DNA of 63,160 nt, filler included, from Lenisia limosa (Eukaryota; Protista; Breviatea): assembly GCA_001655205.1 (NCBI GenBank). It is 17 parts of 17 records of this genome, joined end to end, with 100 filler letters (N's around TTAATTAATTAA, not from the genome) between each part and the next. Parts side by side here need not be neighbours in the genome. Positions count along the whole stretch, not along the records: positions 1 to 3,026 come from LPNZ01008156.1; positions 3,127 to 4,373 come from LPNZ01004481.1; positions 4,474 to 7,362 come from LPNZ01008726.1; positions 7,463 to 9,661 come from LPNZ01001078.1; positions 9,762 to 16,199 come from LPNZ01003706.1; 12 more parts are not named here. One strand, given 5' to 3'. The position numbers and the translations under genes were made by a program. Positions 1 through 13,434 of the stretch are shown one piece after another (the first letter of the stretch is position 1; every line of letters begins with the position of its first letter). The notes under the pieces were generated by a model. It was not told the DNA's origin and did no database searches. It saw nothing but the letters and a program-made list of their open reading frames with translations.

Positions 1-97
1 GGTACGGGGGGGTAGGGGGCTCTCTTCATATATTGCTTCGTCATCCAAAATATTTTAAATATTTCTTCAAGTTGTAGTATGTGGTGTTCAACATTTA

Positions 98-231
98 TAT
101 ATATTTATTCATCCCTCTTTGAAACATCGCTAGATTTTGATGACATTTCAATATTATCTCCTTGACAATATCTGCCTCATTCTCTTCATTTTCTAATTCT
201 GTTAGAGGAGGAAAGTGCAACCGTCTTGCTG
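98..231 (-). CDS. Possible terminal exon of an unknown protein
   Basis: aaaacag acceptor followed by an open frame ARRLHFPPLTELENEENEADIVKEIILKCHQNLAMFQRGMNKYI*. It is a single exon with no family support. Confidence 0.3.
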
Positions 232-584
232 TTTTGTAGAGTATTGTGGAATGCAGGATGTATAATATGTAAATCAAATTCTTGACCTAAAGTGTAACCA
301 TATTATGGGGGTATGTGATAAATCAAATCAGTAGGTACAAAATGTATGCTGGGGAGGCACGCAGAAAGTGTGCATAGAGTTGTAAGGCAAATGATTGGGT
401 GAATTAATATTATACTATTCTCCAATATCTCTTATTAAGCGTAATGGTGTGGACGGCTTCGGCCAGATACATCCTTATTTTTTATTTCTCATTGCTCTAA
501 TATCTCATATAATCTGGGGCGCCATCCTCTAGGATATATTATAAAATTGCATGTATCAAATAAATCAAATCAGTCCTGGAGCGG

Positions 585-2027
585 CTAGTATCGCTGCTGC
601 ATTTGAGCCTGTTGAGCCTGTTTTTGCATCTGCAGCTGTTGCTGGGCTCCCTAAAACGTCAAAAGAAAATTATTATTGAGAAATAAACCGATACAGATTT
701 CGATAAATTTGTATTCTCAAAATTTTGGATTTGATATGCATTTCTATCTATTATGCTATTATGTGGTTTGACAGTAAAGAAGCCCTAGATAACAGTCCAT
801 TAAATCCCCCACTCACGTATCTTCGGGGATCAGGTTGAGAGTATGAGAGGCCCTGAGAGGTTAAGCCGCTTGATATTAAAATATGACTATGTTTTTGAAC
901 AAATGGTAAATATACCCCCTTTCCCACACACAAAAGATATGTGCCAACTCTCCATCCCTTTATTGTGGAACATACGACCCCCTCAATCACATTCCTCCAT
1001 TTAACCCTCTTTATACCACAGAGTTGATTTTGGGGTTTTTTTTGTTTCAGAAATTTTCAAATTTTACTNNNNNNNNNNNNNNNNNNNNNNNNNNNNNNNN
1101 NNNNNNNNNNNNNNNNNNNNNNNNNNNNNNNNNNNNNNNNNNNNNNNNNNNNNNNNNNNNNNNNNNNNNNNNNNNNNNNNNNNNNNNNNNNNNNNNNNNN
1201 NNNNNNNNNNNNNNNNNNNNNAAAAAGACTACAATATCGATAGTTTTCGAGGATTTATCAAGAAATTCAGTCTTTTTGGACCGAAGTGAAGCCCTACAGA
1301 CAAATTTAAATTCACTCCCTCCCGCTACCTGCTGCTGGGGTTGCTGCGTTCGATAGTTGAGAGCCCTCTGCTGTTTACTCGGTATAGGCATGCCCTGCGG
1401 CCCTGCCTGTCTCTTTAGCATTCCGGCCGTGTTTAGCTGAGNNNNNNNNNNNNNNNNNNNNNNNNNNNNNNNNNNNNNNNNNNNNNNNNNNNNNNNNNNN
1501 NNNNNTTGGCTGAATTATGAGGGTTGAAAACAACAAAACAAAGTCAGAAAATGGATTCTGAAGCACCATATCCCATCACTCCAACAAACAAAGCCAGACA
1601 GATTTTGCAGCAGCACCCCCCCCCCCAACTGGATGAGGTTGTTGCTGCTGCTGTTGTTGTTGACTTTGCTGTGCTTGTTGTTGCTGCTAAAGAGTCAAAC
1701 GAGGTATTTCAACCAATCATTTGCAAACGAGGAATATGATATAATATGTGATGATACTATTAATATTAATCTCTACAATAAACACAATAATACAAATCAC
1801 ATGAATTAATATTAATAATAATTGCTCGGAGCTCTAATAGGTTCGCTTTAAGCCCACTTTCCTCTAAACAAAATGCTAACGAAAAACCCCTTCCCTCACG
1901 TGCTGCTGTTGATGCTGCTGCTGCTTAAGCTGGATGTTGCGCTGCTGCTGCACCTTGGCCTTTTGCTTTTCTAAGTTGATGGTGTTCTGTCGGGCTGTTG
2001 ACAGTGGAGGCTTCGGACACGTCAACT
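585..2027 (-). CDS. Multi-exon glutamine-rich protein, C-terminal part
   Basis: Phase-compatible GT-AG exons 1900-2027 (LTCPKPPLSTARQNTINLEKQKAKVQQQRNIQLKQQQHQQQH), 1630-1686, 1329-1436 (LNTAGMLKRQAGPQGMP...), 817-852 (GLSYSQPDPRRY) and 585-650 (GAQQQLQMQKQAQQAQMQQRY*). Further upstream exons are possible near 2765-3026. No family recognised. Confidence 0.7.
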
Positions 2028-3126
2028 CTGATGTTTTATTAATTGGGTTTGAAAAAGACCAGAAAGTTAACTCACGTCAAATCGGAAGTATTCTTACATA
2101 GGGTCCACTCTGACCCCTCCCCCTCACACGACAACACACGTTTTTCCAACTTTACCCCCCCCCNNNNNNNNNNNNNNNNNNNNNNNNNNNNNNNNNNNNN
2201 NNNNNNNNNNNNNNNNNNNNNNNNNNNNNNNNNNNNNNNNNNNNNNNNNNNNNNNNNNNNNNNNCTGCTCTTCGATACTATTGCGGTTAATGGTGATAAT
2301 CGCAGGGTCAGTAATGATGATTGCATTGTATTTGCAGGGTTGATTGGTATTTCATTCCTTGCATCGATAGGATCATTTTAGCAGGTTCCATGTAATTGCA
2401 ACGTTTCGATACAACATGGTAATCGCAAGTAGGGCTTCACTTCGGTTCGAAGAAAATGAATTTTCGATAAATTCCCGAAAACTGTCGATATTTTACCCGA
2501 CTGAAGCGAAGCCCTAATTGCAAGGCTCATTGGGTTATTATTATTATGTGGTTAGGGTTTCACTTCGGTTCGAACAAAAAAACTCTGAATTTCTCGATAA
2601 ATCCTCGAAAACAGACGATATTTTGACGGTCTTTTTTGAACCGAAGTGAAGCCCAAGATATGGTCATTGAATCCCACGTTTCACTGCAATTGCTAGGTGA
2701 ATAAGATTAATAAGAGTGATGACATTATTGATGATGAGAATAGTAAATCGAATAGCGTTTCACACGCTGTTTCAGAGGATCCAATTCGAAGGGTTTCCAT
2801 ACGGTCCCAGAAGAGACTGAATTATTCGATTAATCCTCGATAAATATGGTAATTTTGACAGTCTTTATCGTACCATAGGGAAGCCCTACTTATCAGATAT
2901 AGTAGCATTGATGACGTTATTGTTAAAAAGAAATAGTGCTTACCCCTGATTTCGGAAGAAGATGGAGTGGCGTGGATTTGTAGTGCGAGATCGTGGCTTG
3001 GATGTCACTATTACGCTTCTTGACTTNNNNNNNNNNNNNNNNNNNNNNNNNNNNNNNNNNNNNNNNNNNNTTAATTAATTAANNNNNNNNNNNNNNNNNN
3101 NNNNNNNNNNNNNNNNNNNNNNNNNN

Positions 3127-4373
3127 TCCAGCACCGGGCAGGCGTCAGCCCATATACATCATCTCTCGATTTAGCATAGACCTGTGTTTTTGTTAAACAG
3201 TTGCTTGGATCTGTTCTCTGCGGCCGGAATTAGCTCTAAACCTATTCCGGCATCCCTTCTCGCGAACTTACGGGATCATTTTGCCGAGTTCCTTAACGAT
3301 AGTTTTCTCGCTCGCCTTAGTATTCTCTACTCTCCCACCTGTGTCGGTTCTCGGTACAGGCACCTTTCATCTCAATAGAAGCTTTTCTTGACAGTGTGAA
3401 ATCAGCTACTTCGTTACTTATTTTTCACTCCCCATCGTAGCCCAGAATTGTTAAAACGGATTTTCCTATCTTAACTCCCTCACTACTTGGACACACATTT
3501 CCAATCGTGTGCTTAGCCTATCCTACTGTGTCACTCCATCTTTCAAACAATGATCGGTGGTACAGGAATCTTTACCTGTTGTCCATCGCCTACGACTTTC
3601 GTCCTCGGCTTAGGCCCTGACTTACCCTGAGAGGACGATCCTTCCTCAGGAAACCTTGGGTATTCGGCGGGCAGGATTCTCACCTGCCTTGCGCTACTTA
3701 TGCCAACATTCTCTCTTGTATGCAGTCCACCACGCCTTTCGGTATAGCTTCAATCCGCATACAATGCTCCCCTACCCCTGATACATAGTATCAAGCCGTA
3801 GNNNNNNNNNNNNNNNNNNNNNNNNNNNNNNNNNNNNNNNNNNNNNNNNNNNNNNNNNNNNNNNNNNNNNNNNNNNNTTTGGGACCTTAGCTGACGGTCT
3901 GGGCTGTTTCCCTCTCGACCATGAATCTTATCATACATAGTCTGACTCCTAAATATAAGTATACGGCATTCGGAGTTTGATAACCCTTGGTAGGCGGTGA
4001 AGCCCCCGCAGGTATTCAGTGCTCTACCTCCGTTACTCTAAATTTAAGGCTAGCCCTAAAGCTATTTCGGGGAGAACCAGCTATCTCCGGGTTCGATTGG
4101 AATTTCTCCGCTATCCACAAGTCATCCCAACCTTTTTCAACAGATATGGGTTCGGGCCTCCACGAAATTTTACTTTCGCTTCACCCTGCTCATGGATAGG
4201 TCACCCGGTTTCGGGTCTACACCACGTAACTCAGTCGCCCTATTAAGACTCGGTTTCCCTGCGGCTCCAGTGCTTAACACCTTAACCTTGCTACGTAGCG
4301 TAACTCGTTGGCCCGTTCTACAAAAAGTACATGGTCGTCCATTCAAAGACTTCCACTGCTTGTAAACATGCGG
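3127..4373 (-). rRNA. rrl: Bacterial 23S rRNA, partial (roughly domains II-IV), on its own contig
   Basis: Reverse complement of conserved 23S segments, e.g. GGGGAGAACCAGCTATCTCCGGGTTCGATTGGAATTTCTCCGCT, GGGACCTTAGCTGACGGTCTGGGCTGTTTCCCT and CCAGCACCGGGCAGGCGTCAGC. Bounded by linkers, with none of the host repeats. Confidence 0.97.
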
Positions 4374-4663
4374 NNNNNNNNNNNNNNNNNNNNNNNNNNN
4401 NNNNNNNNNNNNNNNNNTTAATTAATTAANNNNNNNNNNNNNNNNNNNNNNNNNNNNNNNNNNNNNNNNNNNNGAAGAAGTATGAGAGTAAAAACAGCCC
4501 AAAAATATATACTATGTTACTTCACTCTTGCTTGTATTTATTATCATACTGTTGCTATTCGCCTTATTGTCTATTGATACCACATTCATAAATTTATTGC
4601 TTTCCTATTTTGATACATCCTTATTTTTTATATTTATTTTTTTGACTTTATTCTCACCATGTA

Positions 4664-5753
4664 GGTACCCCCACCAAACCCCAGGTCTCACAGGTAGGCA
4701 GACTTGGCTTCTCGATAAATAAGAGTTTGGAATATTTCATTTTTAAAAATAACAAAACAAAGAAAAATGAAAGTTTTATGACCATATGTAGCTTTTCATA
4801 ATATAGGAATCTTTTTTCCCCATACACCCCCATGTTTTAATATGTAGCCCGCCCCCCAGTCCGAAAAAGAGGCTCTCTCAGGCTACTTCCGTAATGTACT
4901 CAAAACCTCAAAGAACGACAATGCCCCCCAGGTACTTTCATTATATTTGTGCGGCCTGATACTCCATAGTATATTTGTATCTCTTTGTTTTACTTTTCTC
5001 TTCCACGGCTATCGTATATCTCATCATCATCCTCTTCTCTACCATTTCCAAAACTTTCCTCCCACCAGCACTTCTGCATTTCACCTTTATAAAAGCATTT
5101 TATTATAAACATAAGAAAATAATAGTTGTGATTGAGTGACGTTAGTTTTTTAATACCTTGTTGTAACACCTTTACAGTGCACTTCCTTGCTTTTTTTTTT
5201 TTCTTTTTTTTTTTTTTNNNNNNNNNNNNNNNNNNNNNNNNNNNNNNNNNNNNNNNNNNNNNNNNNNNNNNNNNNNNNNNNNNNNNNNNNNNNNNNNNNN
5301 NNNNNNNNNNNNNNNNNNNNNNNNNNNNNNNNNNNNNNNNNNNNNNNNNNNNNNNNNNNNNNNCCCCGCGTCCGACCAATCCGGCTGCAAAATCAAATTT
5401 GGTGAGACGGGAGGGGGCTACACTTACATAATAGTGTGCTGGAGGAGGCACACAGAAAGCTGTGTACACAGAGTTGTAAGGATTTGGTGAATTACTATTT
5501 ACTATAATCCAATATATCTTCTTAGCGTGATGATGTGGACGGCTTCGGCTAGATTTTTTTTATTTCTCATTGCTTTATATAATAGTATATGATACTGGTC
5601 TTCAAAAATAAACTTACAAAAAATTATTAACATTTTCACGAAATTCACTGTATTCACCATATTCACAGGATCGCTTGCGTAACGCCAAGATGCGCCTGCG
5701 CGCGAAAAAGGCAGGAGAGGCACCCCCGCCCTCAACCTCTGCCCCCCCTAGCT
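4664..5753 (+). CDS. Hypothetical protein, C-terminal exons
   Basis: Candidate exons ~4860-4930 (SEKEALSGYFRNVLKTSKNDNAPQ), ~5364-5401 and ~5669-5753 (DRLRNAKMRLRAKKAGEAPPPSTSAPPS*), with GT/AG boundaries. No family recognised. Confidence 0.45.
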
Positions 5754-7152
5754 AAATTAACTGGTTTCTAACTGTGTGGTTCTAATATAATTGTAATTGT
5801 TTTAAAAGTAGTCCTGTGAGACCCCCCTCAGGGGGATTCTATTTCTCGAATCAATTACTGCATATCTGTCTATCTAGAAATAGATGGTTAGGATTGGCGG
5901 TGATGTCCGGTGTGGTGGAGCTTCGTATGCTGCGGAGTTTAGATTATAACATAGAAAGACCAACCCTCCTCCCTCCTCATAAACGGAGGTACGTCGGCAT
6001 TTTATCGGCAGTCACAAACTACTGTTATGGTGGTTACTCAAATTTGGTATGGATACTTAGGAAGAGTATAAGTCCCAATGAATCCTTAATTTCTTATATA
6101 AATAAGGAATATCTTCGAAAAGTTTAATTGATGAGCAGCGTATTTCGATAGAGCATATGAAAAAAACAGTTTTTAATTCCCCTTTAGTGTTGTCCTTTTC
6201 GTGTCACAAAATTGACCTAATAATCACGTAATACATTCATCAGATATTTAGTTCATCCAGCGCTCAGTAGCTCCCCAGGATTCTAAAATATAAAATATGA
6301 GAAGTTGATCAACTTAATAAAACAAGTGAATGGTGGAGAGGGTGGTAATTGGGGACCTATTAATTGTCGGTACTCGTTTAAGCAAATATGTATTGGTACA
6401 TTTTTTAGGATTCGGCTCATCTTCGGCTCATGTACAAGAATAGTTTGCTTTCTAAGTTAACAAGTAACTATATTATTAAATACACATCAAGATGCCAATG
6501 TTGCTGATCTTGGCACAGCGACACCCTGTCATAGTTTCAGGAAAATTGTGGAAGAAATATATGAGTTAAATGTGATTCAGCAAATACTCTCAATTCGCGA
6601 CAGTTTAAAATTCATTAAAGATGCTTTCATTTCAGTGGCCCTGCTGAGACTGAAAATAAAACTTCACTATCACATGAGAGTGCGTATTCCATGATTCAAC
6701 TTGGACTACTTAAACAGATGTTGAAATTTAACTCCGGGGCCAATCTTATAAAGGTATTTTACAATCCACTGCCGGATCTTACCACTCAATGTAATTTGGC
6801 TTCCCGAAATATTCTAGAATTCATTCAGATACAAATGGAGTTCCTATCTTAACACCTATTGGTTATACACTAACTTTAGGACGAGAAGGTGTCAATATTA
6901 CTACCTGTCCTTGCCTCGCTAAATAGGGCAGAAATCCTGGATGCTATGATAAGGGTGCAACATTTTTTAGGTACCAAATTCCCCCATAACTCCTTAAAAA
7001 GTCGCCCCACCTGTTCAACATATTCAGCCAAGGAGGCGGCAAGATATCGGATCGGGACGTCGGAAGTTCGAATCGCTCCGGTCGGCTCTGTTACTTCAAG
7101 GTCCGCTAGGATGGCCTTCAACTCACAACGCAATGATATCTGGGGGGTGAGA

Positions 7153-7300
7153 AACTACATTGTGCTACTTCAAAAATTTACCTTGATAACTACATTGTGC
7201 TACTTCAAAAATTTACCTTAAACCACACTCAAACAACAGCTACAATATTACACGACAGGTTAAGGTGTAATATTGTAGCTGTTGCTTGAGAGTGGATTAA
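7153..7300. repeat. 35-bp direct repeat pair followed by a TTAA-flanked ~31-bp-stem hairpin
   Basis: AACTACATTGTGCTACTTCAAAAATTTACCTT at 7153 and 7188. Arms 7223-7253 and 7265-7295, with TTAA at 7218-7221 and 7297-7300. Confidence 0.85.
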
Positions 7301-7480
7301 ATTTTTAGATACATCCAATATTATTTATATACTACTATATACATACATGTGTATATATGTAANNNNNNNNNNNNNNNNNNNNNNNNNNNNNNNNNNNNNN
7401 NNNNNNTTAATTAATTAANNNNNNNNNNNNNNNNNNNNNNNNNNNNNNNNNNNNNNNNNNNNTTCCCCCCCCCCCCCTAC

Positions 7481-8937
7481 CAGGTATCGAGAGCTTCACC
7501 CTCGGTGTTAGGAATGACCAGGCTTTCAACTGAAGCTTTACCTATGTAGAAATTAACAAATTGAGAGGAAATAGACTAATCAGATGGTTTGGTATGTTAA
7601 GAAATACTGGGTACCGAGAGACTGGACTTAAGAGCTAAAGAGTCATTTTCAGAACAATTTAGATATAATCGCCCCGTCTATTCTTCGTTAATTAATCTGC
7701 TATCCAAGAAAACTGTCCAATTTGAAACATAGGATACAAGTGAACTAATTTGAGAAACCTGGGTATTAAAAACCATTAACTTCAAATAGCCAAAGTCTGA
7801 AGTGAAACCTATGAAAGATTGATAATAAACCCATAAATGACAAATAGAGAGAAACAAGCAGAGTAATTAGAAATTCAATTAAAGACCTAATCTGTGGAAT
7901 ACATATGAGAGAGGAGATCCATATGTGTGAAGAGGCCCAAAGGAATTAATTATTTGAAGGGCTTCACTCGGTTCGAAAAAGACCAGTAATTTTCGATAAT
8001 TTTCAAGGATTTATCGAGAATTTCAGTCTTTTTTTTCGAACCGAAGAAATATGGGGGCGGGTCAAGTGTTGGTGTTGAACTACCCGTTTCCACACAGTAA
8101 TCTGATACCGCATAACCACTCGGAAAGAATTGACTGATAAGTTTCAATGATACTCTGATAGATATCTGAAGATATGGGTCAAAATTTGATTGTAGAAATA
8201 ATATATTATACAAATTATATAATATCAAATATGTAATAAACATTTCCTTCACAAACAAAAAGAACATTTGGCCTCACTCCTAGTCAAATATTGATCAGTA
8301 TCAAATATTTATAGGGAAATTCAGTATTAATGTGAATAATGGGGTTCGCAGCTATTTCATCAGAGTTCCAAGTTGAATATAGTATTAACATCATTACAAG
8401 TAAGAAGTAGACGTTCCATTCATATTAAAATACTTGAAAGTTCCTGGTATTTCATCAGTCCTAAAAGCCATGAAACTCAATAAAAATAATTAATGGAGCG
8501 AAAGGACAACAACATTATCAATATAAAAAAAATGTCTCAAGAGAGTAACTTGCCGTTGCTAGATCAATGGAAATCCAAAAGCCCACTTACCTAAACACTT
8601 GTGAGAGAAGCTCCCTTTGTCGAAAATCTTGAAGTCTACCTTCATTGTTGATGAAACCGGACTGAATGGGTGAGGGGCGAAGGGGGGAAGAGCAAACTGG
8701 TAGGACTTACAGTTCAAATTGCTTAGCCCAGACTGGGGTGATGGCTTTCTTGCACACTGCGGTCTTGTGAATATTTGATGATGATCCTGGCGAGGTAGAA
8801 ACGACGACATAGCAGTTTGAAGGCTTCCCATCCTTGGATAGGTTGCTTGCGGAGAGTACTAAGGGAAAGTAAGGGGATAAGTTGACTATCGGCGTAATAT
8901 TAGCAGTACCTGAGACCACGAGAAGGCGAATAGCCAT
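7481..8937 (-). CDS. C2-domain protein, N-terminal exons
   Basis: Exons 8910-8937, 8711-8858, 8591-8661 and 7481-7541 join in phase to MAIRLLVVSVLSASNLSKDGKPSNCYVVV...HKTAVCKKAITPVWAKQFELPVSSTMKVDFKIFDKGSFSHKCLGKASVESLVIPNTEGEALDTW, a typical C2 pattern. Confidence 0.85.
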
Positions 8938-10770
8938 TGCTGCTACGGGGAAACTTGTAACTCTCGAGGTAATTTCTAACTCGGGTGTTTCCCTGGTTTT
9001 ATATTCTTCTTTTTATAATAATAAATAAGTCCAATGTAAACGAAACTCAAGTTTTCATTTCGTTTTTGACACCACTGATCATAACGATCATCTCATGATG
9101 GAGTCACGTACTGTTCCCTAAACAGTAGTTACTGACCAGTCATTGCAGAATCATTGACTAATACAAGACTACTAATAACTAACGGATGCAAAACAGCTGT
9201 AAAATTGTGGTACAATAGTACAATAACATTCTCTTTGAGTGCACTTGTCTTGTCTTCCAGTCTTCCAAGCAAAGATCTGCCTTGGCAAAGATTGGCTTAG
9301 GCAAAAAAAAAAGCCCAAACGCACATCTTCATATATTCATTTGCCTATAGCAAACTTATATCATCAATATCACTAATATCTCAAACCACAATCCCATTTT
9401 TAGATTAGCTTAGATACAATCCATTACTCCTCCAATAACAGCAAAAACAAACCCCAGGGTCCACACGCGGGTACAAAACCGTATAAACACCAGATAGAAG
9501 CGCTTATTTGAGGTATCGCAGGATTTTGCGTGAATGCGCAGACCTGGGGGGTGACAGGAAAATGAAAGGGGTATTTAACCGAAAATAAATGTCAAAGATA
9601 ACAATACCCCCTCCCAGACTTGCTGTTTACCCCCTCTTCTGAACTCTTCGCCCCCCCCCCCNNNNNNNNNNNNNNNNNNNNNNNNNNNNNNNNNNNNNNN
9701 NNNNNTTAATTAATTAANNNNNNNNNNNNNNNNNNNNNNNNNNNNNNNNNNNNNNNNNNNNGTGGGCTATTATACACACCCCATATAATACATGCTATAT
9801 AGTTTGGTATCGTTATGATCCTAGTTTCAATTGAGATTTTCCTTCAAACAACCAATACCATTCCTGGCTAGTGGTCCTATAATACCCATTTTCTTTTTAT
9901 TTAAACTAATACCCAATTTCCCTTATTCTCTAGGACCACCCGTCACTGCCAATGCATACACCATCAAACCCGCCGTAAGAGGTTTTGCAGTAATTCTCAT
10001 GGTTACATGTATAAAGGTCTCTCTCCCCCCCCCCCNNNNNNNNNNNNNNNNNNNNNNNNNNNNNNNNNNNNNNNNNNNNNNNNNNNNNNNNNNNNNNNNN
10101 NNNNNNNNNNNNNNNNNNNNNNNNNNNNNNNNNNNNNNNNNNNNNNNNNNNNNNNNNNNNNNNNNNNNNNNNNNNNNNNNNNNNNNNNNNNNNNNNNNNN
10201 NNNNNNNNNNNNNNNNNNNNNNNNNNNNNNNNNNNNNNNNNNNNNNNNNNNNNNNNNNNNCAGAGCCCGGTGAACAGGGTGACAGGAATCGCGCCAGTGA
10301 AAACAAAATCCTCCCGAGGGTGGACGCTTATGTCGAAGAAGGGCTGAATGGTACGTTTCACTGGGGGATTAGTTCAGGCTTGGGGATAACGAAGGTGACC
10401 TTTACGCTGCATGTTATTTTATGTGTTTCGCGAGGGAAAGGTCGCAATGATCCTACTGGAACCCAGTACTCTAATTTAAGTATAATATGATATATGATGG
10501 TATGTATATGTGATATGTGATACAGTGACCGTGTTAAATAGTGACCGAAATGTGTCATTTGTATAGGGAAACCGGATTTTTGACTTCTTTATTATTTCAA
10601 ATGTGCATTTAGATGCTTTTGACCCAACATTTATATTTCCAGAGAAATTTTTATTTTTTTTTGAATTTAGTGAATGGACTCACTAAATTATGAAAAATGT
10701 ACCAATTTAACACATCAATAGGGTTTTTATAGAGATAGTATTTTTTTTTTTGTTTTTTAAAAGCGCCAAA

Positions 10771-10897
10771 TATTCCACTTGATCTGAATTTCACTCAAAT
10801 TGGTATTCCATCTGAATTTCACTCAAATTGGTATTCCACTTGATCTGAATTTCACTCAAATTGGTATTCCACTTGATCTGAATTTCAATCAAATTGG
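10771..10897. repeat. Minisatellite, 4 x ~33 bp (TATTCCACTTGATCTGAATTTCACTCAAATTGG)
   Basis: Directly adjacent units, one with a 5-bp deletion. Confidence 0.92.
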
Positions 10898-11300
10898 TAC
10901 ATTTTACATAATTTAGTGAATCCATTCACTTAATTCATAAATAATCAAAATTTTAACATAAATGTAGGGTCTATAGCATCTAAACGCACTTTCAAAAAGG
11001 TCTAAAATCCAATTTCCCTCCAGGAATGACATTTCGGTCACTTTAACACGGTCATATAAGTTTGATACATATTTTACCAAATTATTCCACCAAGCATCAA
11101 TTATCTTGTGCTTCATTTTGGCTCAAAAGACCATCATATCACTGATTCTCCCATATTCAGTCTTGCATCCATTATGACTAGGGTTTCCTTTCCGTCCCAA
11201 AAAAAACAATCTCTCTCTAAATCCTTGATAAATGCCGATATTTTCATAGTCTTTCTTTGGACCGTAGGGAAGCCCTAATTTTAACGTCTTTCACGCCTAG

Positions 11301-12221
11301 GCATGGCCACCTGTGAACAGAGAGCCGAAGCCCGAGAAAAGCGTATGGAATTCTGGTCCACTTTTGTCCGACCGTCTACTAAGATCGTCAAGGCCTCTGA
11401 GGAGCCGGCTCAAAGCAAGAAGGTTGGGCTCCAATGGCCTAAAACAAAGCTGAATTCCTCGAAATTCCTTATAAAACCTCGATAAAACCTCGAAATTCCT
11501 TGATAACACCTCTTTCAAACCTCTATAAAACCTCGATAAAACCTAGGAAAGGACCGTTATTTTGTGGTTACAAAGACCACTTTCCTCTACCCAGTCCTTT
11601 TTAGACCTTGTCTTGTTGACAGTATTCGCATCTTCTCATTTCATTTTTATTTTACGATTTTCAGACTCCTCCCATCACTACCCTCTTTGAACCCAATAAA
11701 GAAGGTTTGTAGGTGCCTATCATGGGTGAGGGTTTTTTCCTTGATGGTGTTGGAGAACTTCATCACAGATATACATATAATAGTATAATATTACAAATTA
11801 TGTATACAACGATATATTATACATATCATATAATTACTATATCATAGTATAATATGATATATTCTACTATATGCATAATATACAGTGACCTTGATAAGTC
11901 TTAACCAATAACTCTTAATTTCCCAAGGAAAATAGGTCAAGAATTATCCCGGTCTCATATCCTAGTACATATTTTTGATCGTATCAGAACACTTTGTTAA
12001 GATCCAGGGAAGACACGATATGATACAGAGTAGTCCCGTGCCTGACCTCCATAGATACCGAGGAAAAGCCCAAGAGAACCTGGAAGGCTGACAACGACAA
12101 TGATGCCTGGGGACTTAAGGTTGGGGGCGAGTGAAGGGGGCTTGAGATCTTCCCTTAACTCACGGTTTAGCTTCCAAAGGATCCCGTGAAGTATGACGAA
12201 GCAATGGGCGTTCTAATCTCG
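11301..12221 (+). CDS. Hypothetical multi-exon protein fragment
   Basis: GT-AG bounded open exons GMATCEQRAEAREKRMEFWSTFVRPSTK..., DTEEKPKRTWKADNDNDAWGLK and LPKDPVKYDEAMGVLIS. No family recognised. Confidence 0.45.
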
Positions 12222-13434
12222 GTATGTCTTGGACCGGTATATAATAGCAACTAATAATATTTAATTTTTTTCTTCAGTAAAACCAAAAAACACCAAAGGA
12301 GGATTTTTGGGAGAGAAGGGACCCCCTCTCCTTATTGCTAAAAAACTACAGCAGCTATATTGCAATCCAATATCTCTTATACTGTGATGGTGTTGAAAGC
12401 TTTGGTCAGATACAACCGTGATCTCTATGTGTATATATGATATGTTATACTTTATGATATGGTATGATATATTATCATATAATAGTACATACAAATATGT
12501 ATTCAAAAGGAACTAAACTCGTTATTTATGCTGTATATACAACAACTCATCGAAACAGTCTGTGAACTACATACAAACGCTGACCGAATTAGTCTGTGAG
12601 ATACCGGGCATTGCCAAGGACGCTCACATTAAGACAGAGCCTCGAAGTCGTCTTAGGAAGCCAATACGAAAACAGTGGGCTGTTGTTTGATTTGGGTGTT
12701 TTCTTTGCTACTGCTCAACCGCCAGATCATTATGATCCTAGTTTCAATAAAGACTTTTCTGCAAAATAATTGTGTTTCATGAAGTGGCAGAGATATAGTC
12801 CTTCTCTTGTCTGCTATTCGAGCTGGGTACTGTTGGTTCATGTCGAAATATCGCAGGGATTTAGGGGGTGGGAATTGTTCTGGAAAACCCAAAATTGATA
12901 CCTCCACAGCTCTTCTCACTAGCGGAGGAATCATGTCCCAAATCAACACGGAACCTGGAAGAAGCTATAATGGTCGAGTTTCTGCAATAGCTGCTGTGGG
13001 AGGAGTGGGAGTGAAGTGGGAAATTATCAGAGGGTGAGGGAAGGTGGGAAGATATGATAATCATGCTGACGATATAGGTGTGGAGTATGCTTTCTGAGAT
13101 TGTCCCCCTTAGTTCGTCCTTGATGCTCTACAATAGAGTTCACCCCGACTTGCACTCAAACTCAGTGTAGGCTTGCCTATCGTGTTTATCAAGCTATACA
13201 GATATGATACTCTAGGTTAATCAACCAATGTACTCTTTGTATCATGTCACATAATTCACTCTTTTTTTTCTTGCGATCTAGCTTGTCCGATGATAGATAT
13301 GGAGTTTTAGTTGTATTGTGATATTTTCGAAAAATGTCAATAAATTACCTGAAAAAACCCGAGTGGTCATCCGAGACAAGCGGGACTCGGTTTCTTTTGA
13401 TAGTTAACCGTTGACTTTTCTATTTACCAATGAC

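Noticed and set aside
6483-7140. A plus-strand frame that reads as protein if TAA/TAG=Gln and TGA=Trp (alternative genetic code)
   Set aside because: About 14 stops in ~220 codons is near random expectation for this base composition, and host genes end in standard TAG/TAA (DDX18, TMED10, Q-rich gene).
9934-10348. RraA/HMG-aldolase-like reading of two plus-strand exons (IKPAVRGFAVIL...EPGEQGD)
   Set aside because: The similarity is too weak to call by eye, the exons are separated by an N gap, and an alternative minus-strand frame is open.
10771-10897. 33-bp repeats as a possible CRISPR array
   Set aside because: The units are directly adjacent with no spacers.
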